The notes: generated by a model from the letters alone, not told the origin. 42,291 nucleotides of DNA from Octopus bimaculoides (GCF_001194135.2 NC_069000.1:17625636-17667926); one strand, 5' to 3'. Positions 25,750-38,069 are shown, numbered from the stretch's first letter. A program made the numbers and translations.

Positions 25750-26070
25750 TGACTGTGTGGTAAGAGGCTTGCTTACCAAATATATGGTTCCGGGTTCAAT
25801 GAGAGGCACCTTGGGCAAGTGTCTTCTACTACAGCCTCGAGCCGACAAAAGCTTTCTGAATGGATTCGGTAGACGGAAATTGAAAGAAGCCTATCGTATA
25901 CATGTATGTGTATGTATCCCTGTAAAACAGCGGTTCGGCAAATGAAACCGATAGAATAAATGCCATGCTTAAAAAAAAATAATAAATACTGGAGTCGATT
26001 TGTTCAACTAAACTATTTAAGGCGGCGTCCCAGCATGGCGCAGTCTAATGACTGAAAAAGATAAAGGATA
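25750..26070 (+). mobile_element. SINE family B copy
   Basis: Head ggcgtgactgtgtggtaagaggcttgcttaccaaatatatggttccgggttcaat; tail ggcggcgtcccagcatggcgcagtctaatgactgaaa. Confidence 0.85.
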
Positions 26071-27122
26071 TATAAATATATATATTCGTTTTTATGTCAA
26101 ATTATATATAAAAGCAATTTAACGTTAACCTGAAGGATTACTCAATACTCTTTATTTTATTAAAGGGACAGACTATGCGGTATCATAATTCTATGTATGT
26201 GAGTATTCGAGAAAAATGCACTTGACCCTTTAACGTAATCATCAGATAGGCTTAGCCTGACACTGTGTGACAAAGCTATTCCTTTGAATTACTCCTTTGA
26301 ATTTGAATTATAGTCCATTGAATATACTCTTTAAAAGGATGAAATAAAAAGAAAAGAGAAAATGGAGAAAAAAAAATGGGGGATGTGCATATTTATTTAC
26401 TTTAACCTCAACGTCAAAGTTTCGGCTTGTTCACCTTCATTACACTGTCACACACACACACACACACACACNNNNNNNNNNNNNNNNNNNNNNNNNNNNN
26501 NNNNNNNNNNNNNNNNNNNNNNNNNNNNNNNNNNNNNNNNNNNNNNNNNNNNNNNNNNNNNNNNNNNNNNNNNNNNNNNNNNNNNNNNNNNNNNNNNNNN
26601 NNNNNNNNNNNNNNNNNNNNNNNNNNNNNNNNNNNNNNNNNNNNNNNNNNNNNNNNNNNNNNNNNNNNNNNNNNNNNNNNNNNNNNNNNNNNNNNNNNNN
26701 NNNNNNNNNNNNNNNNNNNNNNNNNNNNNNNNNNNNNNNNNNNNNNNNNNNNNNNNNNNNNNNNNNNNNNNNNNNNNNNNNNNNNNNNNNNNNNNNNNNN
26801 NNNNNNNNNNNNNNNNNNNNNNNNNNNNNNNNATATATATATATATATATATACACATATGTACATGCAAACATGCACACACATGTATATGTATACGCAC
26901 ATATGTGTGATCTGATATATCTGAATGGGCGTCTACCGTGAAACTGGGGTCTGTTTCCTGCTTGATCTATGCCCCGTTAATCTGTTATAAAGTGGTTGTA
27001 AACTGAGTTATGTCACTCTCACTATATGTTACTGTATTTCATGTTCTTATTCCCTAGTTCATAAACATTTCTTGTACTTTACGTAACACAGACCGAATTT
27101 CTATTTCTCAATATTGATTCCT

Positions 27123-27320
27123 GACAGAATCGTCAGCACGCCGGGCAAAATGCTTAGCGGTATTTCGCCCGTCCTTAAGTTCTGAGTTCAAATTCCACAG
27201 AGGTCAACTTTGCCTTTCATGTTTTCGGGGTCGATAAAATAAGTATCAGGCACTGGGGTCGATGTAATCGACTTACCCCCTTCTCCGGAACTGCTGGCCT
27301 TGTGCCAAAATTTGAAGCCA
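27123..27320 (+). mobile_element. SINE family A copy
   Basis: gacagaatcgtcagcacgccgggcaaaatgcttagcgg...gagttcaaattcc...ggggtcgatgtaatcgact. Confidence 0.9.
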
Positions 27321-27410
27321 TATTGATTCCTATAAGGCTATTAATTTTCTTGGTGTGAGAATAGTCGATTAAATCCACCCTAGTATTTGGTTAGTAATTT
27401 GTTTTGTTGA

Positions 27411-27866
27411 CTAGTGAAGGAGCCACATATCCCAGAAAAAGAGGGGCACTCGGTCGCGCCCCGCGGTAATGACCATGATAGCGTTGCCACGGAAAATGGC
27501 CAGAAACATTCGCTGGAAGAGCCACCTCATCTCGTCGGGCTCGTTTCTCCGACGGACCGCGGTTATTCCTATTTTGCGAAGGAAATTGGCAGTACGAGGT
27601 CCTAGAACACTTGACATCTCGACGGCAACCGGCAAAAACTGATAGCGGCCGACCAGGTTCCTGTACTTATTGATTTTTCTCTCCTCCGCGTTACGGACGA
27701 CGACACTGGGGCTTGCGACAGATGCCGCGTGGTTGGAGCCGGAGAACGTGTCGCTGCACGTCGCGTCCCAGACTAGGGTTCTTCCTCCTTCGAATGAGAA
27801 GAGAGTTATCCCGTCGAGGCGCTTATGGTCGAGACCTGCAGGCTCAAGTTGAGACGGGAAACCATC
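27411..27866 (-). mobile_element. CRE-clade-like non-LTR retrotransposon 3' fragment (restriction-endonuclease-like domain)
   Basis: Uninterrupted ~151-aa frame DGFPSQLEPAGLDHKRLDGITLFSFEGGRTLVWDATCSDTF...AEERKINKY...FLPVAVE.SSVLGP...LFQR..LAIFRGNA. It has the RPDG-, WD.T-, K..KY-, F.P.A.E- and FQR.S.AI.RGNA-like motifs. Markedly more GC/CpG-rich than its flanks. Confidence 0.85.
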
Positions 27867-29179
27867 GTATATTATAGTTATTATAGTTCAAGTGGATGAA
27901 TATTCCGTAAAAACAAAAATCTGTATCTTTTATGTAATCCTCGGGTAGAATCATCATGACGCAGTGTGTAACAAGGCTGAACCCTCCAATTACAGAGACA
28001 GTCATCTAGGGGACTTCTACCCAGTTTTCGACAACCCGATTTCATACACACGACTTGGGTGAATCCTAAGCCGTAGAAGAAAACACTTGTCTAAAATGCA
28101 GCACAATAGGATCGTCCCAAAACTTGACGATTGAGTTGACACTTTCTCGACCATTTAGTCATACGTTCATTTGCAAAAGTAACTGTGTATCACCCAGGTT
28201 GTCTGATAATCCCCATCCAGTTGGCAATTATTCATGATAGCGTATGAAGCAAACTTCCAGCTCAACACTTCTTTTGGTCCTCAGCTAAAGTCATTTCATA
28301 TCTCTTACAATCTAGGTGAAGTGAAGAGGGGAAAAAATCTAAGAATCGAAATTATGGTGATGTTTCTGTCAGCTGGGGAGATTATTTTGTACTCTACAAT
28401 TTTCTAACATCAGCACAGTCATGAATTCCTATTCTCGGTACGTTATAGTCGACTGAGTCAACAGCAGGGTTGCCAGATCAATTTCATAAAATGTAGGACA
28501 AATTTTTCAATAAATAACTTATTATAAATACAAAATGAAAATTTAGCTTGTAAATTTATAATATATAAATGTATGCAAGTGCATGTGTGTGTATGTGTGT
28601 GTGTGTGTGTGGCGTTCTTAGTGCTATTGGTAATATGTAACTTAGTACATGCGACAACTTAATACAAGCGACAATCTGTCTCATAGTCGGGCCATCAGTA
28701 ACTAAACCTGCAACCCTACCAACGCTGCTGGACAAGGAGTGATTTTTATTGGATACTCAGTAGGACAAAAGCAAATCTTGTCAAAGGGCAGATGAACTCA
28801 GTAGAGTTAACGACCATCCAACAGCTTGGAAAGATCCCTAATCTTTGTTTAGGCATCTCTCGAGAAGGAAAACTCTAATACAATACCTGCAGCTAGGTAT
28901 GTATAGTTTAGAGAGTGAGATTGGGCCCGTGCAAGGGTTTTCCTCACTTTAAAAAACATTCAGATACGGGATTTGCTTAACTATTAATATCTCTATTGTG
29001 TGTTGCTCACTGACTGGCCGTAGCCAGAAATGGCAAAAAAGACAAAAAACAATGAAAAATTCCGTGATGGAATGAAAGCATGTGTCGGCGTGGGTGGTAA
29101 TCTCTATAAACATATGCTGCAAGCGGTGTCTATCGTTACCTCAGATGCGGAAGAGAGCGTAGGTCCCTAGTTGAACTGA

Positions 29180-29562
29180 AATGCCATATCGGTGCTGTTC
29201 CTGTTTAAAAGAATAATCAAGCAATGACATTACTCGAAAGTGGCTGGTACATTACAAACGCTGACCTTCATAAGTGGGACAGGCAACTTGAACAAACTAT
29301 GGATAGTCTTTCCACCTGACAGTAGTGTAGAGGCAATGCCTGTCCAAGCAACACTGCACACGTTTCAGTTGTTCCTTCGCAGATAAGAAATTATGGTATT
29401 AAATATATAAGTTTTACTACAACCTCCGTGTGCATCTACATAGAAACAGGAGTGGTTGGGCACTTCACCTCTCCTCTTCTTATCTACAGATTCAAGCACA
29501 GCATTAGCAATTAGTCTCTGTTCATCAGTAAGTGTTGCAGTGTTTGGGTGATCACCATTCAA
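29180..29562 (-). mobile_element. Helitron RepHel PIF1-helicase fragment (pseudogene)
   Basis: LTDEQR..ANAVL...FYVDAHGGCSKTYIFNTII (degenerate Walker A) followed, after a frameshift, by VAWTGIASTLLSGGKTIHSLFKLP. Confidence 0.85.
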
Positions 29563-29677
29563 TATCAGCTGGTGTAGACAGCCTGATTCACCAGATACGA
29601 AAGGCCTACAACTCGAGGTGGCCTAGCACAGAATTACATTATGACAGCTGATATGTATATTCACTCGTTCATCTCTT

Positions 29678-29740
<63 letters not shown>

Positions 29741-30694
29741 NNNNNNNNNNNNNNNNNNNNNNNNNNNNNNNNNNNNNNNNNNNNNNNNNNNNNNNNNNNN
29801 NNNNNNNNNNNNNNNNNNNNNNNNNNNNNNNNNNNNNNNNNNNNNNNNNNNNNNNNNNNNNNNNNNNNNNNNNNNNNNNNNNNNNNNNNNNNNNNNNNNN
29901 NNNNNNNNNNNNNNNNNNNNNNNNNNNNNNNNNNNNNNNNNNNNNNNNNNNNNNNNNNNNNNNNNNNNNNNNNNNNNNNNNNNNNNNNNNNNNNNNNNNN
30001 NNNNNNNNNNNNNNNNNNNNNNNNNNNNNNNNNNNNNNNNNNNNNNNNNNNNNNNNNNNNNNNNNNNNNNNNNNNNNNNNNNNNNNNNNNNNNNNNNNNN
30101 NNNNNNNNNNNNNNNNNNNNNNNNNNNNNNNNNNNNNNNNNNNNNNNNNNNNNNNNNNNNNNNNNNNNNNNNNNNNNNNNNNNNNNNNNNNNNNNNNNNN
30201 NNNNNNNNNNNNNNNNNNNNNNNNNNNNNNNNNNNNNNNNNNNNNNNNNNNNNNNNNNNNNNNNNNNNNNNNNNNNNNNNNNNNNNNNNNNNNNNNNNNN
30301 NNNNNNNNNNNNNNNNNNNNNNNNNNNNNNNNNNNNNNNNNNNNNNNNNNNNNNNNNNNNNNNNNNNNNNNNNNNNNNNNNNNNNNNNNNNNNNNNNNNN
30401 NNNNNNNNNNNNNNNNNNNNNNNNNNNNNNNNNNNNNNNNNNNNNNNNNNNNNNNNNNNNNNNNNNNNNNNNNNNNNNNNNNNNNNNNNNNNNNNNNNNN
30501 NNNNNNNTATATATATATATATATATATCTTTCTCTCTCTCTCTCAATTTCCATACAACCACAGGAACTGTCCAACCAAGACACTGCAATAAACAGAACT
30601 TTCTGTTATAACTCTTTTATTATTGTATTTTGCCAATTAAACACATGCACTATTTATTTGATCTTCACTTTAGTTTTATTTTATTTTATTTATC

Positions 30695-30735
30695 TGCCAA
30701 AGTTCTTTCATCACATATCTGTGACCTCTTCCACG
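30695..30735 (-). repeat. Degenerate copy of the hammerhead-bearing repeat at 35537-35581
   Basis: Minus strand gtggaaga-ggtcac-agatat-gtgat-gaaagaactttggc. The core CTGATGA is mutated. Confidence 0.55.
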
Positions 30736-30985
30736 ATTCTCTGTCCCATGTGTCTCCTCTTTTGCCTATTCCATTTTGTCCTTTTATTATTGTTTCTCTT
30801 TCTTACTTTGGACTGCTGCATCTAATACAAGCTCTTTACAAGAAACAAAAGATGAACGAAAAGCAAACGACGACACTTCTCATTCAGCTAACTTCCCGTT
30901 CATCCTCTATATTATATAAACGTAAATAAAATATAAATGCATTTTAATACACTTAACTAACGTTTCACGTTTGTAATTTTTGCAG

Positions 30986-31246
30986 CCGCCTCATGTATGC
31001 ACCAGAGGCATTCAAGTTCCGGGAGAAGGTCTACAAGAGCAACCCACTTTTCTTAATTGTTCAAAAAATTATTGAAAAACTCGGAGGAAAATCCTACGAA
31101 AAACTTCTCAAAGAATATATTCTGGAACCGCTAGGCATGACTGGTACTACTTTTCTGCACGCACTCCATTCAGGGCGACGAAATTTGGCAATGCCTACTA
31201 TGAACAAGAAAGGAGAACGTTATACGGTACCGGTTGAAGCAATGAG
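30986..31246 (+). CDS. Serine beta-lactamase/PBP-family gene, internal exon B
   Basis: Acceptor tttttgcAG, donor AG|gtagga, phase 2 to phase 2; joining to exon A gives GG+C = Gly. Peptide RLMYAPEAFKFREKVYKSNPLFLIVQKIIEKLGGKSYEKLLKEYILEPLGMTGT matches FR..F.YSN..Y.L...IIE..SG.SWE...E.I..PLGM..T. Confidence 0.92.
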
Positions 31247-31404
31247 GTAGGATGCCAGTATTTTTGTGTTGCCCCATTGTTTTTTGTGGGTGGGTGGGGG
31301 GCACTGGTTAATACGTTATTAGCAGGAAGTAAGAAATTTATAAGGGGAAGGGTAGAGTCGATTGATGTAGCAATTACTGATACAGGTGCAGGCGTGATTA
31401 TGAG

Positions 31405-31845
31405 GTAAGAAATATGTTTCCCAACCACCTAGTTCCGGGTTCACTTCCACTATATCGCACTTTAGGCAAGTATCTTCTGTTATAGCCTTGGAACGACCAA
31501 AGCCTTGTGAGTGGATTTGGTAGACAGAAACTGAAAGAAGCCTTTCGTGTGTGTGTATGTGTGTGTGTATCTGTTTGTGTGTGTGTGTGTATGTGTGTGT
31601 GTGTGCGTGTGTCTGTCTATCTGTCTGTGCGCGCGCATGAATGTTTTTTCCTCCACCGCCGCTTGACAACCGGTGTTGGCTTGTTTACGTCTCCGTAACT
31701 TATTGGTTCGGCAAAAAAAGAGACTGATAGAATAAGTACCAGACTTAAAAAATAATAAGCACTTGGTTCGATTTGTTCGACTAACCCCCCATCAAGGCTG
31801 TGCCCCAGCATGGCCGCAGTCCAATGACTGAAGCAAGTAAAAGAT
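31405..31845 (+). mobile_element. SINE family B copy
   Basis: Same head, (TG)n core and tail as 23985-24345. Confidence 0.9.
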
Positions 31846-32180
31846 TAAAAAAAAAAAAAAAAAAGAGAAAACGCTACCAAAAAAAATGGCATTGCCAACT
31901 AAGGTGAGATGTGAAGGCACGCTCTGCCACGCCACCGCCATGTCATCTCCTCCCACCATACTACCACTCACTCTATCTCCCTATCTCTTTCTCTCTATCA
32001 ATCTATCTATCTCTTACCTCCCCTTCTCCTCCTCACCCTACTACCCTGTCACCACATCACCCTGTCATACCACCACCCCCCATCAGTTCTCTTCTGAAAT
32101 ATTAGACACCAACTAGGTTGTCAGTATTACAAGTACAGGAAACGAATCGTTTCAAAGATGGAAGCAGAATGGGAAGAAGA

Positions 32181-32218
<38 letters not shown>

Positions 32219-32442
32219 TTTGTATGATGGTGGTGGGGTAGGGGGGCATGTTGATGAAATGTGGGGATGGGGATGAAATGTGCGCGCGCGTATAATGTGT
32301 ATGTGAGTCTACGTATATGCATAGACACACATGCATATACGTTCGGATTACATACATAAATTCACACACATACACCTGTGTGTATGTGTGTGCCTGTTGG
32401 TATAGTGTACGTTGATGAATGATATCTGAGCGTGAGTGTTGG

Positions 32443-32495
<53 letters not shown>

Positions 32496-33469
32496 NNNNN
32501 NNNNNNNNNNNNNNNNNNNNNNNNNNNNNNNNNNNNNNNNNNNNNNNNNNNNNNNNNNNNNNNNNNNNNNNNNNNNNNNNNNNNNNNNNNNNNNNNNNNN
32601 NNNNNNNNNNNNNNNNNNNNNNNNNNNNNNNNNNNNNNNNNNNNNNNNNNNNNNNNNNNNNNNNNNNNNNNNNNNNNNNNNNNNNNNNNNNNNNNNNNNN
32701 NNNNNNNNNNNNNNNNNNNNNNNNNNNNNNNNNNNNNNNNNNNNNNNNNNNNNNNNNNNNNNNNNNNNNNNNNNNNNNNNNNNNNNNNNNNNNNNNNNNN
32801 NNNNNNNNNNNNNNNNNNNNNNNNNNNNNNNNNNNNNNNNNNNNNNNNNNNNNNNNNNNNNNNNNNNNNNNNNNNNNNNNNNNNNNNNNNNNNNNNNNNN
32901 NNNNNNNNNNNNNNNNNNNNNNNNNNNNNNNNNNNNNNNNNNNNNNNNNNNNNNNNNNNNNNNNNNNNNNNNNNNNNNNNNNNNNNNNNNNNNNNNNNNN
33001 NNNNNNNNNNNNNNNNNNNNNNNNNNNNNNNNNNNNNNNNNNNNNNNNNNNNNNNNNNNNNNNNNNNNNNNNNNNNNNNNNNNNNNNNNNNNNNNNNNNN
33101 NNNNNNNNNNNNNNNNNNNNNNNNNNNNNNNNNNNNNNNNNNNNNNNNNNNNNNNNNNNNNNNNNNNNNNNNNNNNNNNNNNNNNNNNNNNNNNNNNNNN
33201 NNNNNNNNNNNNNNNNNNNNNNNNNNNNNNNNNNNNNNNNNNNNNNNNNNNNNNNNNNNNNNNNNNNNNNNNNNNNNNNNNNNNNNNNNNNNNNNNNNNN
33301 NNNNNNNNNNNNNNNNNNNNNNNNNNNNNNNNNNNNNNNNNNNNNNNNNNNNNNNNNNNNNNNNNNNNNNNNNNNNNNNNNNNNNNNNNNNNNNNNNNNN
33401 NNNNNNNNNNNNNNNNNNNNNNNNNNNNNNNNNNNNNNNNNNNNNNATATATATATTATTTATTATTTT

Positions 33470-34657
33470 TTTTATTTTATCTAGTTTCAGCTCACGAGCT
33501 GTGTCCATTCTGGGGCACCACCATTTGGTGTTGCTACAGAATTTTACTTCACGAATGCTTTTCAGGAATTGACATTTGATGCATGAGAGAGTTTGATGCA
33601 GCTGCTCTCATCTGCACCTCCTGTTGCGAAGTTTGTTCATCTGGGACACTTGACAGGAAGAGGTCCAGCTTTATTTTGAAGACACCTACATCCATCCCAT
33701 GCAGGTCCTTCGGGAGGATATTGAAGAGCTGTGGACCTCTGAAGCCCAGGCTATTGCAGTATTTTGTCCTACATTTTGATGGCAAATTTGGAGTCCTTGG
33801 CACTGTGCAGTGTTGCCCAGTTTTAGTATTTGTGTAACTCTCTATGCCAAAGTTTGGGACAAGTCCTTCGAGGATCTTCCAAATGTATATTATGGCATAT
33901 CTTTCTCGCCTACGCTCAAAGGAATAGAGTCTTAATCTCTGGAGTCTTTCCCAATAGCTTATGTGCTGCATATAGGCTATCTTCGTGTAGCTTCATTGGA
34001 TTGCCTCAAGTTCTGAGATTAATTTGACACTAGTTGGTGACCATAACTGAGAGCAATAGTCAAAGTGGCTTAGGACAAGTGTCCTCCAGAGGACCATTAT
34101 GGTTTCCTGATCTCTTGTTCTGAAAGTTCTAAGAGTCCATCCGGTCAGCCGCCTGCATTCCATTGCCAATTTAGCAACATGCACATGAAAGGATGCATCA
34201 TTACTCATGTAAATGCCCAGGTCTCACACTGTCTCTGCCTCTGGGATTGCAGTCCCTCCAGGTCCAGTGTATTTAATGGGTATTGCATTTTGTTTTGCAT
34301 GCTGATAGCACAAGGCTTGAAACTTTTCAGCATTAAACTGCATGTTATTCTTTTCAGCCCACTTGTATATTTCATCCAGCTCACATTATAGGTGTATAGT
34401 GTCTTCAGGGTTCTGTATTACTTGTGAGACTTTTGTATCATCTGCATAACTTGTGATCGTGGCTCTCTATGTAGCTGAGGGCATGTCTAAGAGGGCCATT
34501 ATGAACAGTAGTGGTCCCAAAACAGTGCCTTGCGGAACACCGCTCACTATTTGCGTGTCATTGGAGGTGGCCCCATTGGCTACTACCATCTGACTTCTAT
34601 CCTTCAGAAAGTCATGAAGCCATTCTCCCAATTTTCCAACTATGCCGAGATCACGCA
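33470..34657 (-). mobile_element. CR1-like LINE 3' portion (RT domain to 3' tail), degenerate
   Basis: Minus strand SVPQGTVLGPLLF...SYADDTK (RT core, ~34430-34550), YCSQLWSP, SYWERLQRLRLYSFERRRERY and GPQLFNILP, ending in a stem-loop tail and (taaaa)n. Confidence 0.92.
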
Positions 34658-34667
34658 NNNNNNNNNN

Positions 34668-34706
<39 letters not shown>

Positions 34707-34707
34707 G

Positions 34708-35365
34708 GATCAATTGATTTCAAAATTTGAGAGATTATTTCCCTTAAATCAGCAAGACTCGCTATATTCCTAGGGTTAAAAGCTTTACTCGTTTCGTTGT
34801 GCTTGATAACCGTTGAAAAGCCAGCGCCAAATTCAAAAACGGTATCAGTGTATAAAATTCATAAATGAATAAATATTTTTAAGATATTTATATAGATATT
34901 ATTATTAACTATTATTAGTAGTAAAATAAATAATAACAACAATAACATAAGTGGCCAGCAAGCAAAAACCAATAAATGGCAAATCCAAAATCTTATAATT
35001 AATTTATAATAGGACACACGAGGTGCCGGCATTACTATAAAAACCAGAGTCGAAAAATACTCTAAAAAGCCACCAATCACTGGAAATACAAGCACAACAG
35101 AAATCAGTCGACGAGCAAAGAAATTAACTTACCATCTCGGCAGAAAGCTGCAAAATGAGGAAATAGATATCTCTAGATCAATTGATTTCGAATTTTGAGA
35201 GATTACTTCCCATAATTCTCATCAGTAGGTCTCGCTATATACCTAGGGTTAAAACCGTTACTCGTTTCGCCAAATTCAAAAATGGTGTCAGAGTATAAAA
35301 TTCATATATGAATAATATGTATATAGATATTATTATTAATGATTATTAGTAGTAAAATAAATAGA
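34708..35365. repeat. Two diverged ~200-bp direct repeats (about 34708-34930 and 35173-35365)
   Basis: Both read gatcaattgattt..aattttgagagatta...tcgctata..cctagggttaaaa..ttactcgtttcg...gccaaattcaaaaa.ggt.tcag.gtataaaattcat...tattattagtagtaaaataaata. Confidence 0.85.
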
Positions 35366-35536
35366 CTCAGCGAAACGAGTAAAGTTTTTAACCATATACA
35401 TATATATATATATACATTATTTTTGTATTTGGGGACGGTCATGTTGCCAGTTTAGCCAATAAAAACACACGCACTGTATATTTGGTGTTAATTTGCTTCA
35501 GCTTTATATTACATTACATTACATTAATCATATTTC

Positions 35537-35581
35537 GGCCAGAGTTCTTTCGTCACACTTCTGTGACCTCATCAGTGGTCC
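35537..35581 (-). ncRNA. Minimal type I hammerhead ribozyme motif
   Basis: Minus strand ggacca-CTGATGA-G-gtcac(agaagt)gtgac-GAAA-gaaCTC-tggcc. Intact core, 5-bp stem II, short stem III, CUC cleavage triplet, and stem I cca/tgg plus gg/cc around a bulged A. Confidence 0.7.
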
Positions 35582-35681
35582 TTTGCTTTCTTCTTTCTTA
35601 TATGTGTGTCCCCAAATACAACAATATCTGTTTCAACACACGATTTCAGATCAAAAATCTTGCAAAACAAATATATAAACG

Positions 35682-35729
<48 letters not shown>

Positions 35730-36354
35730 TTATAATTTTGTACGAATTATATTATGTGTTCTCGAGCGTTAGGTATTTGTATACAAACCCTAAAACCCTG
35801 TATGCAACGCCTGTTTATTTGTGAATGTAATAATTTATAAATTTATTACTATATTAATTTATCATTTTAGATGTCTTAAATCAAGCTTCTAAGTTTTCAA
35901 ACCCATCCCCATTTAACGACTGCTTCATCCTCTCTTCTCATTCAGTTTAAAGATGCACGAGCCCTACTACCTAGCTCCTGCTATATAAGACAAGCTAAGT
36001 AATCCAGTCTTCTTTTAGTTGTAGCCTATTCTCTTAACATCGTTTTAAAAATATTTTAAGCCAAAAGACGAGTTCTGTAATGATTCTATTGCAGAGCAAA
36101 AGTGAATGACAAATGACGGTATTAGAGTTATCACCTCTTATATTAGTTTCCTCTCTTTCTAGTACAATTCTTGTGATATCGTGCGTTTCAGGACTGGCTG
36201 ACTGAGGCAGATTCGTGTGGTAGTGTCTTACAGGAAGTTAATTGTTAACAAGTTGTTTACCTTATGTGTTTCGGGCAGAATAACAGTTGTTTTTTTCCAA
36301 TTGCGTTTCATCTATATTCTATAGACGATCTTATAGCCCTGAAATCGTAAAATA

Positions 36355-37162
36355 CCGTAAATCCTCGAGTATAATCCGCGTTTTTTCCCCAAAATTTAAA
36401 GGTCAATATCCCTAGTGCGTACTATATACGAGGTTAAAAATGAAAAATATTTTCTAAGCAATGTCCGAGTCTCTATTTGCTATCCAGCAATGTTTATTCT
36501 GACACATTTTGTGATGTCGGGCGCGAAAATACCTTAAGCTAAGCCTGAAAGCAATGAAGTCATAAAAGAATCATCCATAATTTGCAGTAAGCAACATTTA
36601 TTAAAATAAAAGTGTTGTATATCGTCTGCACTGGATGGTACTCAGGATGACGTTGTATGGAAAGATGAAATAAATGAAAGTGAATCTTCGGATGTTGACT
36701 ATGAATCTGACAATGACGGAGATTTACATTACAATTATGCTGACATGTTTACGGAGGAACGAATGGAACAGTTATTTGATGCTGAAAGTGACGTTGAATT
36801 TGAAGGATTTGAATAAATGTCTTTGCTTTTGCTTTTGTAACTGATAGTGATAAATATGTGAAAGGCAATTTACTTAATATTTATTTTTCACTCACGTTAT
36901 TACTGTTATTTCTTTATTTTCTGCAAACAAAATGCACAAAAAAACGACACGTTCGCATTATGTTATATATACAATAATAATAAAGGACGTTACCGTGTTT
37001 ACAAACCAATGTTTACAAACCAATGACGTTATATAGACCTCCTTGACTCAAGTTAGAGAAGGGGTGCGTATTATACACAAGGTTTAGGTTTTCAGAGGTA
37101 CAGCCCCCTAAAATTCCCCTGCGTATTATACTCAAGGACGGACTATATTCGAGGATTTACGG
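36355..37162 (+). mobile_element. Non-autonomous pogo-like (Tc1/mariner superfamily) element
   Basis: TIRs ccgtaaatcctcgagtata / tatattcgaggatttacgg (18/19) with TA on both sides. Internal remnant KCCISSALDGTQDDVVW...DVEFEGFE is typical of pogo C-termini. Confidence 0.9.
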
Positions 37163-37318
37163 TATTTCATAGAACCCTTCTGAGTAGATTTGTACGAATT
37201 AAAATGCCATAAATAAGTAAATGTGTGTGTGCGCGTGCGTATGTGCGTGCGTACGTGCGTGCGTGCGTGCGTGTGCGTGCATGCATGTATAATTTGGCTC
37301 TTTGCTGTATGATTTCAG

Positions 37319-37590
37319 AGGTTTCAAACTTACGAAAGCTGCCAATGGAATTTGTTCCAATGCACACGACATGTCTTCATGGATTAATATGCATCTGATG
37401 AAAGGCGTCTCCCGTGAAACTGCAAGGACAATCATAGGATCAGAATTTTCAAACGATATTGATCGACCAGACATCAATCGATTCAACGATGCTTTCAACT
37501 TGGTTAAGAACACATTTTTAAATCCAGCAATCTTGGTCAGTCTCGATCGATACGGCTACGGAAAGGGATGGGAATCTGGACTTTATAGAG
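37319..37590 (+). CDS. Serine beta-lactamase/PBP-family gene, internal exon C
   Basis: Acceptor gatttcAG, donor G|gtaact, phase 2 to phase 1; joining to exon B gives AG+A = Arg. Peptide GFKLTKAANGICSNAHDMSSWINMHL...YGYGKGWESGLYR matches AGGI.SSA.DMA.W...L and YGYGLGW...YRG. Confidence 0.92.
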
Positions 37591-38069
37591 GTAACTTCAC
37601 CAGTCATTCTAACTTTATTCTAAATACTATTGCATCGGTTGAGAAACAAACAAAATACTGCTTCTAATATTATTACTAATAATTGTTTCTGGCATATTGC
37701 ACATAGCCTGAAATTTGGGGAAGGAATTCGTTTATACGATCGACTAGTATTTGACTGGTACTTATCTTCTCAACATCAAACAGATGGACGCCAACCTTGT
37801 TGAGGTATGAACTCAGAAAATAAAGGGCGGAAACTAAATTCTACAAGTCATTTAGTCCGTTGCATTACCGATTATGACATTAGGCTACATTTACATAATT
37901 TATATGTACTATGCCAATCCCCCACATTCTTTACAAAAATGACTGGCATCACAACAAACGAGCCTATGAGGGCGTCCTATACGTGGTCTCTTGTTTTGCT
38001 AGAAACAGCACCTGATTCTCTCTATAAAAAAATCAAACTTTGCTGAAAGAAAAGTAATAAGCTTTTCTA

